From assembly GCA_041687695.1 (NCBI GenBank), contig JAWLBL010000010.1, positions 130,676 through 194,675 on the forward strand: 64,000 nucleotides of DNA. Reading direction: 5' to 3'. The translations under genes and the position numbers were made by a program. Source of the stretch: Myxococcota bacterium (GTDB lineage: Bacteria; Myxococcota_A; UBA9042; PHBI01; JAWLBL01). The notes under the pieces are model-generated. The model saw only the letters and a program-made list of their open reading frames with translations. It had not been told where the DNA came from and did no database searches. Below, piece after piece: positions 49,301 through 59,000 of this stretch; the first letter of the stretch is position 1, and every line of letters starts with the position of its first letter.

Positions 49301-51970
49301 CCCGACAAGGCCGACAAGTGCCCGCTGGTCTACGACCCGGCGCAGACGGACACGGACGGGGACGGGCTGGGCGACGCGTGCGACGACGACATGGACGCCG
49401 ACGGCGTGGCCAACGGCCTCGACAACTGCCCCAAGGTCCCGAACCCGACGCAGGCCGATCTGGACGGCGACGGCCAGGGCGACGCCTGCGACCCGGACGA
49501 CGACGGCGACGGGGTCGCGGACGCGGTCGACAACTGCCCGACCGTGCCGAACGCGACCCAGGTGAACACCGACACGGACGCGCTGGGCGACGCGTGCGAC
49601 CCGGACGACGACAACGACGGCTGGATGGACGGCGCGGACAACTGCCCGCTGGTCGCCAACGTCGATCAGCTGGACAGCGACTCGGACGGCGCCGGCAACG
49701 CTTGCGACGACGACGACGACAATGACGGGGTGGCCGACGGCGACGACAACTGCCCGCTCCAGCCGAACGCCGACCAGACGGACACGGACGGCGACGGGCA
49801 GGGCGACGCCTGCGACGGCGACGACGACGGCGACGGCATCCCGGACGGCCCGGACAACTGCCCGACGGTGGCCAACGCGTCGCAGGCCGACTTCGACGGC
49901 GACGGCCAGGGCGACGCCTGCGACGAGGACGTCGACGGTGACGGGGTCCTGGACGTGGTCGACAACTGCGTGCCCTTCGCGAACCCCGACCAGGCGGACC
50001 TGGACGAAGACGGGCAGGGCGACGTCTGCGACGGCGACATGGACGGCGACGGCGTCGCCAACGGAAGCGACAACTGCCCGACGGTGTACAACCCGAACCA
50101 GGCCGACGTGAACGGCAACGGCAAGGGCGACGCCTGCGAGAAGAACGACGACCAGGACGGCGACGGGGTCGTGGACGATGCCGACAACTGCCCGGCCGTG
50201 GCCAACCCGAACCAGAAGGACACGGACGGGGACGGGCAGGGCGACGCTTGCGACACCGACGACGACGACGACGGGATCCTCGACGCCGCCGACAACTGCC
50301 CCGTGCATGCCAACGCCGACCAGGCCGACCAGGACAAGGACGGCAAGGGCGACGCCTGCGACCTGGACATCGACGGCGACAAGGTCTCCAACGCCAGCGA
50401 CAACTGCCCCTTCCACCCGAACGCCACGCAGACCGACCTGGACGGCGACGGCCTGGGCGACCCGTGCGATCCGGACGACGACGGCGACGGCGTCGACGAC
50501 ACCGTCGACAACTGCCCGACGGTCAAGAACGCCAACCAGGCGGATCTCGACGGCGACGGCGTCGGCGACGCGTGCGACCCCGACCGCGACGGCGACGGCG
50601 TGCCGAACGGCACCGACAACTGCCCGAACGTGTCGAACCCCGACCAGATCAACTCGGACAACGACATGCTGGGCGACGCCTGCGACACCGACGACGACAA
50701 CGATCTCGTCGCGGACGCGGTGGACAACTGCCCGGTCACACCGAACCTCGAGCAGACGGACACGGACGGCGACGGGCTGGGTGACGCCTGCGACCCGGAC
50801 GACGACAACGACGGGATCCCGGACGGGCTCGACAACTGCCCCAAGGTCCCCAACCCCAGCCAGTCCGACCAGGACCAGGACGGGCTGGGTGACGCGTGCG
50901 ACGGCGACGCCGACGGCGACGGGTCGGGCGACCAGGCGGACAACTGCCCGAACGTCGTCAACCCCGACCAGGCCGACTACGACGGCGACGGCCTGGGCGA
51001 CGCCTGCGATCCGGACGACGACAACGACGGCGATCCCGACGTCACCGACTGCGCGCCGAAGAACGCGTCCATCTCGCACTTCGCCACCGAGGTCTGCAAC
51101 GGCAAGGACGACGACTGCGACGGCCAGACCGACGAACCCGGCGCCGGCGGCTGCTCGGTCTTCTACCAGGACGGCGACGCGGACGGGTGGGGCACGGCGA
51201 CCACGGCGTGCCTGTGCGCGGCCAAGGCGCCCTACACGGCGACCAAGACGGGCGACTGCCGCGACGGCGACCCCAACGCGCACCCGGCCGCGCAGGAGGT
51301 CTGCGACGGCGTCGACAACGACTGCGATGGGCAGACCGACGAGGGCACGGACTTGAGCGGCTGCATCCTGTACTTCCAGGACAAGGACGGCGACGGGTAC
51401 GGGCCCAAGGGCGTCGCCGGCAGCTGCCTGTGCGCGCCCAGCGCGACGCACTTCGCGACCCAGCAGGGCGACTGCAACGACAACAACGCCGCGGTCAAGC
51501 CGGGCGCGACCGAGATCTGCGACGGCCTCGACAACGACTGCGACTCGCTGACCGACGAGAGCGGCGCGGTCGGTTGCACGACGCGGTTCAAGGACGAGGA
51601 CGGCGACGGCTACGGCACCAGCGACTTCCAATGCAGCTGCGAGGTCAAGGCGCCCTACACGGCCCCCAACGAGCTGGACTGCTACGACGGCAGCGCGCTG
51701 GCCTATCCGGGGTCGAACACCTGGCGCAACACGCACCGCGGCGACGGCAGCTTCGACTACAACTGCGACCAGAGCACCGAGCAGCGCTACACCGACGTCG
51801 GCTCGTGTGGCAGCACCTGCGGGGGCGGGCAGGGCTGGCTGTACGGGGGCAGCGTCCCGGCGTGCGGCGTCAGCGCCAGCTGGATGACCAAGTGCCGCTG
51901 GGATCTGCTCGAGTGCGGCAGCCTGCTTTGCTGCGCCAAGACCGAGAGCCGCCAACAGGAGTGCCGATGA
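46400..51970 (+). CDS. Giant thrombospondin type-3 repeat lipoprotein (~1856 aa) with MopE-like metal-binding motifs
   Basis: Lipobox LAAG-C; ~32 DNCP..N..Q.D.DGDG.GDACD repeats counted by eye; six (E/D)xC(D/N)xxDxDCD motifs at the two ends. Confidence 0.92.
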   Translation: MRGRPSWGVVVGLVAALAAGCGEGGVAGSFNDADIGKASDAPDVPDVPDVPEVTDRGPDVPKEPCEAPAELGCPCKENATCGSGYCVPTAEGSVCTQTCDEACPDGWACKQLAVGADPVFICRQIGVNLCRPCNDNEECQENAAGTGHACVDWGPEAGRFCATACESDGDCDEGYACKDVVDVDGAETRQCLPVEGECGCSPLARTLGAATVCSRSGDLGTCTGQRRCDADGLTACDAQVPTVEVCDGKDNDCDGVTDGLPSGQSCERTNQWGSCPGVLSCLGDEEVCDAPEPAKDLCNGLDEDCDGLTDEDWADTDGDLVADCVDDDDDGDGILDEVDNCPLVPNTDQADFDEDGLGDACDPDDDDDGSPDVADCAPFDATISPLVEEICDLVDNDCDGLTDEGFPNSDGDALPDCLDDDDDDDGLLDGEDNCPKVVNPDQVDADGDGLGDACDPDDDNDGVPDGADNCPFDPNPQQADLDGDGVGDVCDDDLDGDGVANGGDNCPTIKNALQIDTDGDGLGDACDEDDDDDGVPDAMDNCPKVYNPDQKNTDGMGPGDACSDDIDGDGVKDDVDNCVDVVNPDQLNSDDDELGDACDEDDDGDGIPDVVDNCPKKANPEQDDLDGDGLGDACDGDDDGDGWADALDNCPMVANPDQGDLDGDGLGDACDPDIDGDNLPNTGDNCPTVKNSTQSDVDQDGLGDACDDDNDNDGIKDVSDNCPAVPNAFQQDLDGDGVGDACDPDVDGDGVDNAADNCPTVANASQADHDGDGAGDACDPDDDDDGVEDDFDNCPWVKNADQKNHDNDAYGDVCDPDDDNDGVPDESDNCPWLANPGQADQDKDGQGDACDADRDGDGVPNAADNCPTVSNADQLDTDKDGQGDACDVDNDGDGTADGIDNCPVLFNPLQKDSDGDGVGDACDPDDDGDGVPDVDDNCPLTPNAEQVDNDGDGLGDACDPDDDNDGVPDKADKCPLVYDPAQTDTDGDGLGDACDDDMDADGVANGLDNCPKVPNPTQADLDGDGQGDACDPDDDGDGVADAVDNCPTVPNATQVNTDTDALGDACDPDDDNDGWMDGADNCPLVANVDQLDSDSDGAGNACDDDDDNDGVADGDDNCPLQPNADQTDTDGDGQGDACDGDDDGDGIPDGPDNCPTVANASQADFDGDGQGDACDEDVDGDGVLDVVDNCVPFANPDQADLDEDGQGDVCDGDMDGDGVANGSDNCPTVYNPNQADVNGNGKGDACEKNDDQDGDGVVDDADNCPAVANPNQKDTDGDGQGDACDTDDDDDGILDAADNCPVHANADQADQDKDGKGDACDLDIDGDKVSNASDNCPFHPNATQTDLDGDGLGDPCDPDDDGDGVDDTVDNCPTVKNANQADLDGDGVGDACDPDRDGDGVPNGTDNCPNVSNPDQINSDNDMLGDACDTDDDNDLVADAVDNCPVTPNLEQTDTDGDGLGDACDPDDDNDGIPDGLDNCPKVPNPSQSDQDQDGLGDACDGDADGDGSGDQADNCPNVVNPDQADYDGDGLGDACDPDDDNDGDPDVTDCAPKNASISHFATEVCNGKDDDCDGQTDEPGAGGCSVFYQDGDADGWGTATTACLCAAKAPYTATKTGDCRDGDPNAHPAAQEVCDGVDNDCDGQTDEGTDLSGCILYFQDKDGDGYGPKGVAGSCLCAPSATHFATQQGDCNDNNAAVKPGATEICDGLDNDCDSLTDESGAVGCTTRFKDEDGDGYGTSDFQCSCEVKAPYTAPNELDCYDGSALAYPGSNTWRNTHRGDGSFDYNCDQSTEQRYTDVGSCGSTCGGGQGWLYGGSVPACGVSASWMTKCRWDLLECGSLLCCAKTESRQQECR

Positions 51971-52016
51971 CCCCGTCCGGGGACCATCCCATGATGCGCA
52001 ACGGCCTCCTGGTCCG

Positions 52017-52694
52017 ATGAAGACCAAGGGAGGCGGTGAGCGCGAGCCCGCGCGCAGCGATCGACGCGGGTTCTTCCGGCTGGGGCTGCAGACCCTGCGC
52101 GACAACGTCTTCGAGGCGGCGCGAGAGCTGGGCCAGGCGAACGCGCCACCGGCGTCGCCGGCTCCGTCCCTGCCGACGCCGCCGCCTCCGACGGGCAGGG
52201 CGCGTCCCCGCGTGGCCCCCAGCGGCGCCCGCCTGGTGGCGCGCCCTCCCGGCGCGCTGGCCGAGGCCGAGTTCCTGGCGAAGTGCACGCGCTGCGCCAA
52301 GTGCGTCGACGCCTGCCCCGAGGGCAGCCTGTTCCGCGCGGGGCCGCACCTCGGCGCCGCGGTCGAGCAGACCCCGGTGCTGCTGCTGGATCAGAAGCCC
52401 TGCTTTCTGTGCACCGACGTCCCCTGCGCCGCCGCGTGCCCCACGGGCGCCTTGTTGCCCGTCGAGCCGGCCCGCATCCGCGTCGGTGTCGCCGAGCCGC
52501 TCCAGACCCTGTGCCTCAACCGCCTGGGGCAGCCGTGCGAGTCGTGCGTGACCGCCTGTCCGTTCCCGGACGAGGCCATCACCCCGGGGCCGATGGGCGT
52601 GCCGGTGGTGGATCCCGACGTGTGCACCGGCTGCGGGCAGTGCGTCAGCGCCTGCCCGGCCTTCCCCAAGGCGCTGCACATCCGGCCGCTCTGA
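52017..52694 (+). CDS. NapF/NapG/MauM-family poly-ferredoxin (four 4Fe-4S clusters)
   Basis: DRRGFF, RPPGA..E.EFLAKCTRCAKCVDACP, CFLCTDVPCAAACPTGAL, CL......CESCVTACP, CTGCGQCVSACP. Confidence 0.88.
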   Translation: MKTKGGGEREPARSDRRGFFRLGLQTLRDNVFEAARELGQANAPPASPAPSLPTPPPPTGRARPRVAPSGARLVARPPGALAEAEFLAKCTRCAKCVDACPEGSLFRAGPHLGAAVEQTPVLLLDQKPCFLCTDVPCAAACPTGALLPVEPARIRVGVAEPLQTLCLNRLGQPCESCVTACPFPDEAITPGPMGVPVVDPDVCTGCGQCVSACPAFPKALHIRPL

Positions 52695-52730
52695 GCGCGG
52701 CGACCGGCGGCGCCGGCGCTGGCGTCGGGG

Positions 52731-55229
52731 TCAGTCCCAGTCGCGCTGCAGCCAGGCGATGGTCACGCCGTCGCCGCCTTCGTGCCGTCGCCCGGGGCGC
52801 CAACGCGTGACGTAGCTGGAGCGACGCACCAGGTCGCGCACCTCGTCGCGCAGGGCGCCGGTGCCGTGGCCGTGGATGATCCAGACGGCCTCGCGGTTGT
52901 CGCGAAAGGCGCGGTCGAGCAGCGGCGTGACCACGTCGGTGACCTCGTCGCGGCGCATGCCGCGGATGTCCGCCGTGATGTCGGGCGTCTGCGGCGGCGG
53001 CACGTCCTCGGCGTCTTCGCCCAGGCGCTCGGCCTCGGCGGTCGGCGCGGCCTGGCGCGGGGCGGGGGAGGGCGCCGGCGCGGGGCGGGACGGGGAGGGC
53101 GAGGCGCCTCCGGCCACCCGGCCGAGCTGCTGGAGCGTCACGGTGGTCTTGAGCGGGCCGATGGCGACGATGACCTTGTCGTCGCGCATCTCGACGACCT
53201 CGCCCGGCTGCCCGAGCGTGCGCACCCAGACCGCGGCGCCGCGTTCGATCGCCGAGGCCGGCAGGTCGCCGCCGTCGCGCGGGCCCTTGGCGGCCTGCTG
53301 CGCCTTCTTGCCGGCGCGGCTGTTCGGGTCGACGGGCGGGGGCTCGTTGCGCAGCTGCGTCTCGAGCTCGCTCGCGACCGCCTGCAGCTCGGCGCGCTTG
53401 CGCTCGAGGGCCCGCGCGTCCTCGAGCTGACGCAGCTCGCGGACCTTGTCGCGCACGGTCTCCAGCGCCTTTCTGGCCTCGGCGAGGGCGTCCTGGCGGG
53501 CCCGCGCGACCTCCTCGTCGGCCCGGCGGCGCAGGTCGGCCTTGAGCATCTCGTAGCCCCGGGCCTCGGTCTCGGCGTCGCGCTGGGCGCGCTCGGCGTC
53601 CCGCCAGGCCTCCTCGGCCTCGCGCCGCGCCTCCTGCAGCGACTGCAGGGCGCGGGCGACGCCCTCGTCGCCGCCGGCGATCTGCCGGGCGCGCGTCAGG
53701 ATGTCGTCCCCGAGGCCCAGCCGCGCCGCGATCTCGAACGGGTTCGACGAGCCCGGCTCGCCCATGCGCAGCTCGTAGGTCGGCTGCATCGTCATCGGAT
53801 CGATGCCGACCGACGCGTTGCCGAAGCGCGCGTCCTCGAAGGCCAGGGTCTTGAGCCGCTCGTAGTGGGTGGTCACGAAGCCGCGCGCGCCGCGCCGGGC
53901 CATGGCCTCGAGCACCGCGATGGCCAGCGCCGCGCCCTGCGAGGGCTCGGTGCCGACGATGATCTCGTCGATGAGCACCAGGGCGCCGGCGTGCGCCTCG
54001 TCGAGCACCTCCTGCAGGGCCATCAGCTGGCCGGAGAAGGTCGACAGGTTGCGGTCGATGTCCTGCGCGTCGCCGATGATGGTGTGCAGCGAGTCGAACA
54101 GGACCACCTGGCTGTCCGGGTCGGCCGGGATCGGCAGGCCCGCCCAGGTCATCAGCGTCATCAGGCCGATGGTGTTGAGCGTGACCGTCTTGCCGCCCGT
54201 GTTCGGGCCCGTGATGACGACGAAGGCGTGCTCGGGCTCGAGGGCGACGTCGTTGGGGACGACGGCCACCTTGTTGAGCACCAGGAGCGGGTTGCGGGCC
54301 CGCTTGAGCTCCATGCGGCCGGTGGCGGCGACCCGCGGCACGTTGGCCTCGAGGCGAAGGGCCATCATGGCGCGGGCCTGGACGAGATCCAGATCGATGA
54401 GCGCCTCGAGGCCCATCACCAGGGCGTCGGCCTCGCCGGCGACCCACTGCGACCGGGCCTGCAGGACACGGTAGACCTCGCGCTCGACGGCGGCCTCGGC
54501 GACCTTGATCTCGTTGTTGGCGTGGATGAACGGCTCGGGCTCGATGAAGACCGTCTGGCCCGAGTTCGAGGTCCCGTGAATGATTCCAGGGACTTGCGAC
54601 TGGAACGAGGCGATCACCGGGACGACGTAGCGGTCCTCGCGCTGTGTGTAGAACGTGTCCTGCAGGACGTCGGTCAGCTCGGCGCGCTGGAGGTAGCAGT
54701 CGAGGCGCTCCTTGATGGCCTGGTGGAGGCCGTGGGCGCGGCGGCGGGCCTCGGCCAGCTCGGGGCTGGCGTCGTCGCGGATGCGGCCAGACTCGTCGAA
54801 GGTCTGCTCGAGCTCGCTCGCCAGCAGGCCCACGTCTTCGAGGCGGGCCAACGAGCCCGCGAGCTGCGGGGCCTCGGGGGCGTGGTGCTTGAGGTGGCGC
54901 CGCACGGTGACGATGGCGCGGGCGGTGCGGGCCACGGCGATGAGCTCGTCGGCGCCTTCGACGCTGCCGCGCTGACAGCGTGCCACGATGCGCCGGATGT
55001 CCTCGACGCCGTCGAGCGGCAGCGAGGCGTCGGCGCGGCGCAGGTTCATGGCCTCGCCGACGCGGGCGAGCTCGTCGACGACGGCGCCGTGGTCGGCGAG
55101 GAAGGACAGCTCGGCGGCGGCCTCGCGGCCCGGCTCGGTGGCGCAGGCGTCGGCGACGGTCTCGAGCACGCGCGGCCAGCCGAGCAGCCGCAGACAGGAC
55201 GGAGTGACGGTGATCATGGTGGGCGACAT
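52731..55229 (-). CDS. mutS2: Endonuclease / ribosome-collision factor MutS2
   Basis: DDASPEL, REDRYVVPV, GIIHGTSNSGQTVFIEP, Walker A ITGPNTGGKT, LSTFSG, LIDE...GTEP, TTHY, KOW-like region, Smr DIRGMR...IIHGHGTGALR...GGDGVT. Start 55229 or 55217. Confidence 0.95.
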   Translation of the reverse strand: MSPTMITVTPSCLRLLGWPRVLETVADACATEPGREAAAELSFLADHGAVVDELARVGEAMNLRRADASLPLDGVEDIRRIVARCQRGSVEGADELIAVARTARAIVTVRRHLKHHAPEAPQLAGSLARLEDVGLLASELEQTFDESGRIRDDASPELAEARRRAHGLHQAIKERLDCYLQRAELTDVLQDTFYTQREDRYVVPVIASFQSQVPGIIHGTSNSGQTVFIEPEPFIHANNEIKVAEAAVEREVYRVLQARSQWVAGEADALVMGLEALIDLDLVQARAMMALRLEANVPRVAATGRMELKRARNPLLVLNKVAVVPNDVALEPEHAFVVITGPNTGGKTVTLNTIGLMTLMTWAGLPIPADPDSQVVLFDSLHTIIGDAQDIDRNLSTFSGQLMALQEVLDEAHAGALVLIDEIIVGTEPSQGAALAIAVLEAMARRGARGFVTTHYERLKTLAFEDARFGNASVGIDPMTMQPTYELRMGEPGSSNPFEIAARLGLGDDILTRARQIAGGDEGVARALQSLQEARREAEEAWRDAERAQRDAETEARGYEMLKADLRRRADEEVARARQDALAEARKALETVRDKVRELRQLEDARALERKRAELQAVASELETQLRNEPPPVDPNSRAGKKAQQAAKGPRDGGDLPASAIERGAAVWVRTLGQPGEVVEMRDDKVIVAIGPLKTTVTLQQLGRVAGGASPSPSRPAPAPSPAPRQAAPTAEAERLGEDAEDVPPPQTPDITADIRGMRRDEVTDVVTPLLDRAFRDNREAVWIIHGHGTGALRDEVRDLVRRSSYVTRWRPGRRHEGGDGVTIAWLQRDWD

Positions 55230-55297
55230 TTGAAGCCCGACGCGGCGGGAGTCAACACGGCGTGCGCGATGAAGTGAGGATTGGTGGGTCGGAGGAC

Positions 55298-55748
<451 letters not shown>

Positions 55749-55901
55749 GCGCTTGGGGACGATCGGCCAAATCGTCTCAGAGGCCAGGCGGGTCGTGGAT
55801 GGCGGGTTGGGAGGCGTGCTGTTGCGTCTGAGGGCGGCTGGGCGAGCGAGGGGCTCGGGGGGCGGTCGGGGCTGGGGCGCCCTCGCCGCCCGGTGCCGAC
55901 A

Positions 55902-55929
55902 ACGTCTGATAATATAGATTATGTAAACT
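55902..55929 (+). other. Chromosomal dif site (XerC/XerD recombination site)
   Basis: ACGTCTGATAA-TATAGA-TTATGTAAACT: 11-6-11 layout with ATAA/TTAT inner palindrome, compared with E. coli GGTGCGCATAA-TGTATA-TTATGTTAAAT; intergenic; strongly AT-rich against the background; KOPS polarity flips here. Confidence 0.92.
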
Positions 55930-56019
55930 TTTGTCCGAGGGGCGCCGGGCGGGGCCGCGCGGGACGCCCTCTCGCGCAACCCTTTGACATTCCATCGCCT
56001 TGAGGCCGGCCGAGGCCAC

Positions 56020-56048
56020 TTGCCGGCGCGTACGGCAAGCGCTACCCT
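56020..56048 (+). promoter_or_regulatory. Possible sigma70 promoter of the FHA gene
   Basis: TTGCCG-17 nt-TACCCT, 38 nt upstream of ATG 56087. Confidence 0.35.
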
Positions 56049-56086
56049 GAGCGCCGCTCTCGTACCTGGGCAAAGGTCTTGGAAGC

Positions 56087-59000
56087 ATGGCGATCCTGAA
56101 GTTTCGGTCGGATGACGGTGTCGACTCCGAGGTGCGCATCGACGCGCAGAACCCGATCGTGAAGATCGGGCGCGCGGACGAGTGCGCCATCCAGACCAAG
56201 AACAACACGGTCTCTCGGCGTCACAGCCAGGTCGTCTTCACCGGCTCCGGCTTCAAGCTCTACGACCTCAACAGTTCGAACGGCACCTTCTTCAACCGGG
56301 CCCGCATCACCGAGCACGCCCTCACGCCCGGCGACGTCTTCTTCTGCGGGAACTTCCGCGTCGAGTTCGTCCTCGAGGAGCCCGTCCCGGCGCCGGTTCA
56401 GATCCCCGAGCCCGAGCCCGAGCCCGAGCCGGTCATCGAGGCGACCGTCGCGCGAGCGCCCGTCGACCTCGATCGCCCCGCGTGGGCGGGTCCGGTCCAG
56501 GCCGAGCCGGACTACGCCGCGGCCCCCCTGTCCGCGGGAGGCGGCCTGGGTGAGGTCGCCTTCGACGACGCCCCGCCCTCCCCGGTTGCGCCCTCCCCGG
56601 CCGCGCCGGCCGTCGGCGAGCCGGTCCACCACGGGCGGATTCGCCAGCCCACGGCCGACTACTCGTCGGTCGCGCCGCAGCCCGTCGGGGCGCCGGTGGC
56701 GGTGGCGCGCGTCGGCGTGCCCGACGACACGCGCGTCCAGGAGCTCGAGGCCCAGGTCGCCAAGCAGGCCGAGGAGCTCGAGCTGCTGCGCGTCCAGATC
56801 GACTCGCTCAACGCGGTCGTGGACGAGGCGGCGGCCAGCGAGGAGCGCGAGCACCAGGAGCGCGTCCGCTTCGAAGAGGAGCTGGAGGCGGCCCGCGCCG
56901 AGATGGCCGAGCTGCTGCGCGCCCAGGGCGGCGACCGGGCGCGGCTCGAGGCGGCTCAGGCCGAGCTGGACGCCGCGCGAGCCCAGGCGGACGAGGCCGC
57001 GGCCCTGCGCGAGCGGCTCGAGCAGCTCGAGGGCGAGGTCGGCCGCGTCGCCCAGCTCGAGGACGAGCTGGCGCAGGCGCGGCGCGAGGCCGAGGAGCTT
57101 CGCGTCGAGTCGACCGGCGCGACGCCGGCGGTGGGCCCGACGCCCGAGGAGCTGGAGCGTCTGCAGGAGGACATGGGCTTCCTGCAGGACGAGCTCGACG
57201 AGGTGCGGCGCGCCCTGAGCGCGGCCGACGAGGCGCGCGCCGAGCTCGAGCGCCAGCGCGACGAGGCCGAGCGGCTGCGACAGGAGGTCGAGGCCTCGCT
57301 GCGGACGCTCGAGGAGCGCGCGGCCAGCCAGGACGCCGCCCTCAGCGAGGCGGGCGACCAGTCGGCGCGCGTCGCCGCGCTCGAGGCCGAGGTCCAGAGC
57401 CTGACGGACACGCTGGCCGCGGCGCCGCAGCCCGGCGAGATGGCCGAGCTGAAGCGGCGCCTGGAGGAGGCGGACGCGGCTCGGCGCGAGGCGGTCGGCA
57501 AGGCGGCCAAGCTCGAGGACGAGCTGGGCAAGGCGGCCGATCTGCGCGAGCGGCTGGCGCGCGCCGAGGAGGACCGCGACACCGCAGAGCGCGAGGTGGT
57601 GGAGCTCAAGGATCTGCTCGTCGGGACGATCACGGCCGGCGAGGCCGAGCGGCTGCACCAGCGGGTCCAGGAGCTCGAGGATGCGCTGGCTCGCGCCGAG
57701 GTCGAGGCCCAGCAGGCGCGATCGTCGGTGGACGAGGCGGTCGGTCGGGCGATGTCGGACGCCAGCCAGGCCGGCGCGCGCGTGGCCGAGCTGACGACGG
57801 CGCTGAAGGAGGCCGAGGAGCGGGCGAGCCGGCTCCAGAAGGAGCGCGCCGAGGCCGACGGGCGCGAGGGCGAGCTGAAGGGGCGCCTGGCGGCGGCCGA
57901 CAAGGCGCAGGCCGAGGCTGCCGAGGCGTTGCGCGAGGCGAGCCAGCGGGTCGCGGCGCTCGAGAGCGAGCTGAGCTCGGCGCGCGAGTCGCTGGCGGGG
58001 CTGAGCACCGACGCCCAGGGCGCGCACGCCGAGAAGGAGGCGCTGCGGATGCGGGCCGAGGAGGCCGAGCTGGCACGCGAGCTGGTGGCTGAGGAGCTGG
58101 AGTCCGCGACGCGGGCGCACGCCAACGCCGAGAAGAAGGCGCGCGAGGCGGGCAAGCGGGTCGAGGAGCTCGAGGCGCAGGTCGCCGACGGGCAGTCGCG
58201 GCACGGGCAGGCGGCGGCGGCGCTCGAGGCGCTATTGACGGCGGCGCGCGAGGAGGCCGAGCGGACGCGCCAGGCGCTCGAGGACGCCAAGGCGTCGCAC
58301 AAGCAGGCGCGCAAGGCGGCGACGACCGAGATCGAGCGGCTGACGCAGGAGCTGGACGCCGCGCGGAGCGCCCAGGGCTCGGCGAGCGAGCAGATGCAGG
58401 TCGAGATCGAGCGGCTGCGGGCCGAGGCCAAGCGGCTCGAGGGAGAGATCGAGGCGGCGCGGGCCGCAGGGGCCGCGTCGGCGGACGAGGCGCGGGGTGA
58501 GGTCGAGCGGCTCACGCGCGAGCTGGCCGAGGCGAAGGCGGCGGTCGACGCGGCCGGCGCCGAGCTGGCGCAGGCCCGGGCGGCGCTGGACGAAGCGCAG
58601 GCGCAAGCCAGCGCTGGGGCGGGCGACGCGGACGCGCTGCGGGCGCAGGCGGACGAGGCGCGCGCGGCGGCCCAGGACGCCGAGGCCAAGCACAAGGCCC
58701 TGCAGGAGGAGTACGAGATGGTGCTCGGCTCCAACAAGGGCTACGTGAAGAAGATCGCGGGCTACGTCACGCTGATCGAGGAGCTCGAGCAGAAGGCGGC
58801 CGCCGCCGCGGCGGGGGGCGGCGCGGACGCGGCGCGGGTCACCGAGCTCGAGGGGCTGCTGGCGGGCGAGCGGGCCGAGGTCGAGCGGCTGCGCGACGAC
58901 CTGAGCCGGCTCGAAGGCAAGACCGCGCGGCTGCGCGAGTCGCTGGACGCCGCCGAGGCGGCCGCGGCCGAGGCCCCTTCGAGCGCCGAGGTCGACCGGC

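Noticed and set aside
45983..52300. 2105-aa Val/Ala-rich minus-strand ORF
   Set aside because: Codon-for-codon antisense of the Asp-rich TSP3 gene (GAC read as GTC).
55984..55989. TTGACA near dif as a promoter
   Set aside because: No plausible -10 hexamer at 16-18 nt spacing.
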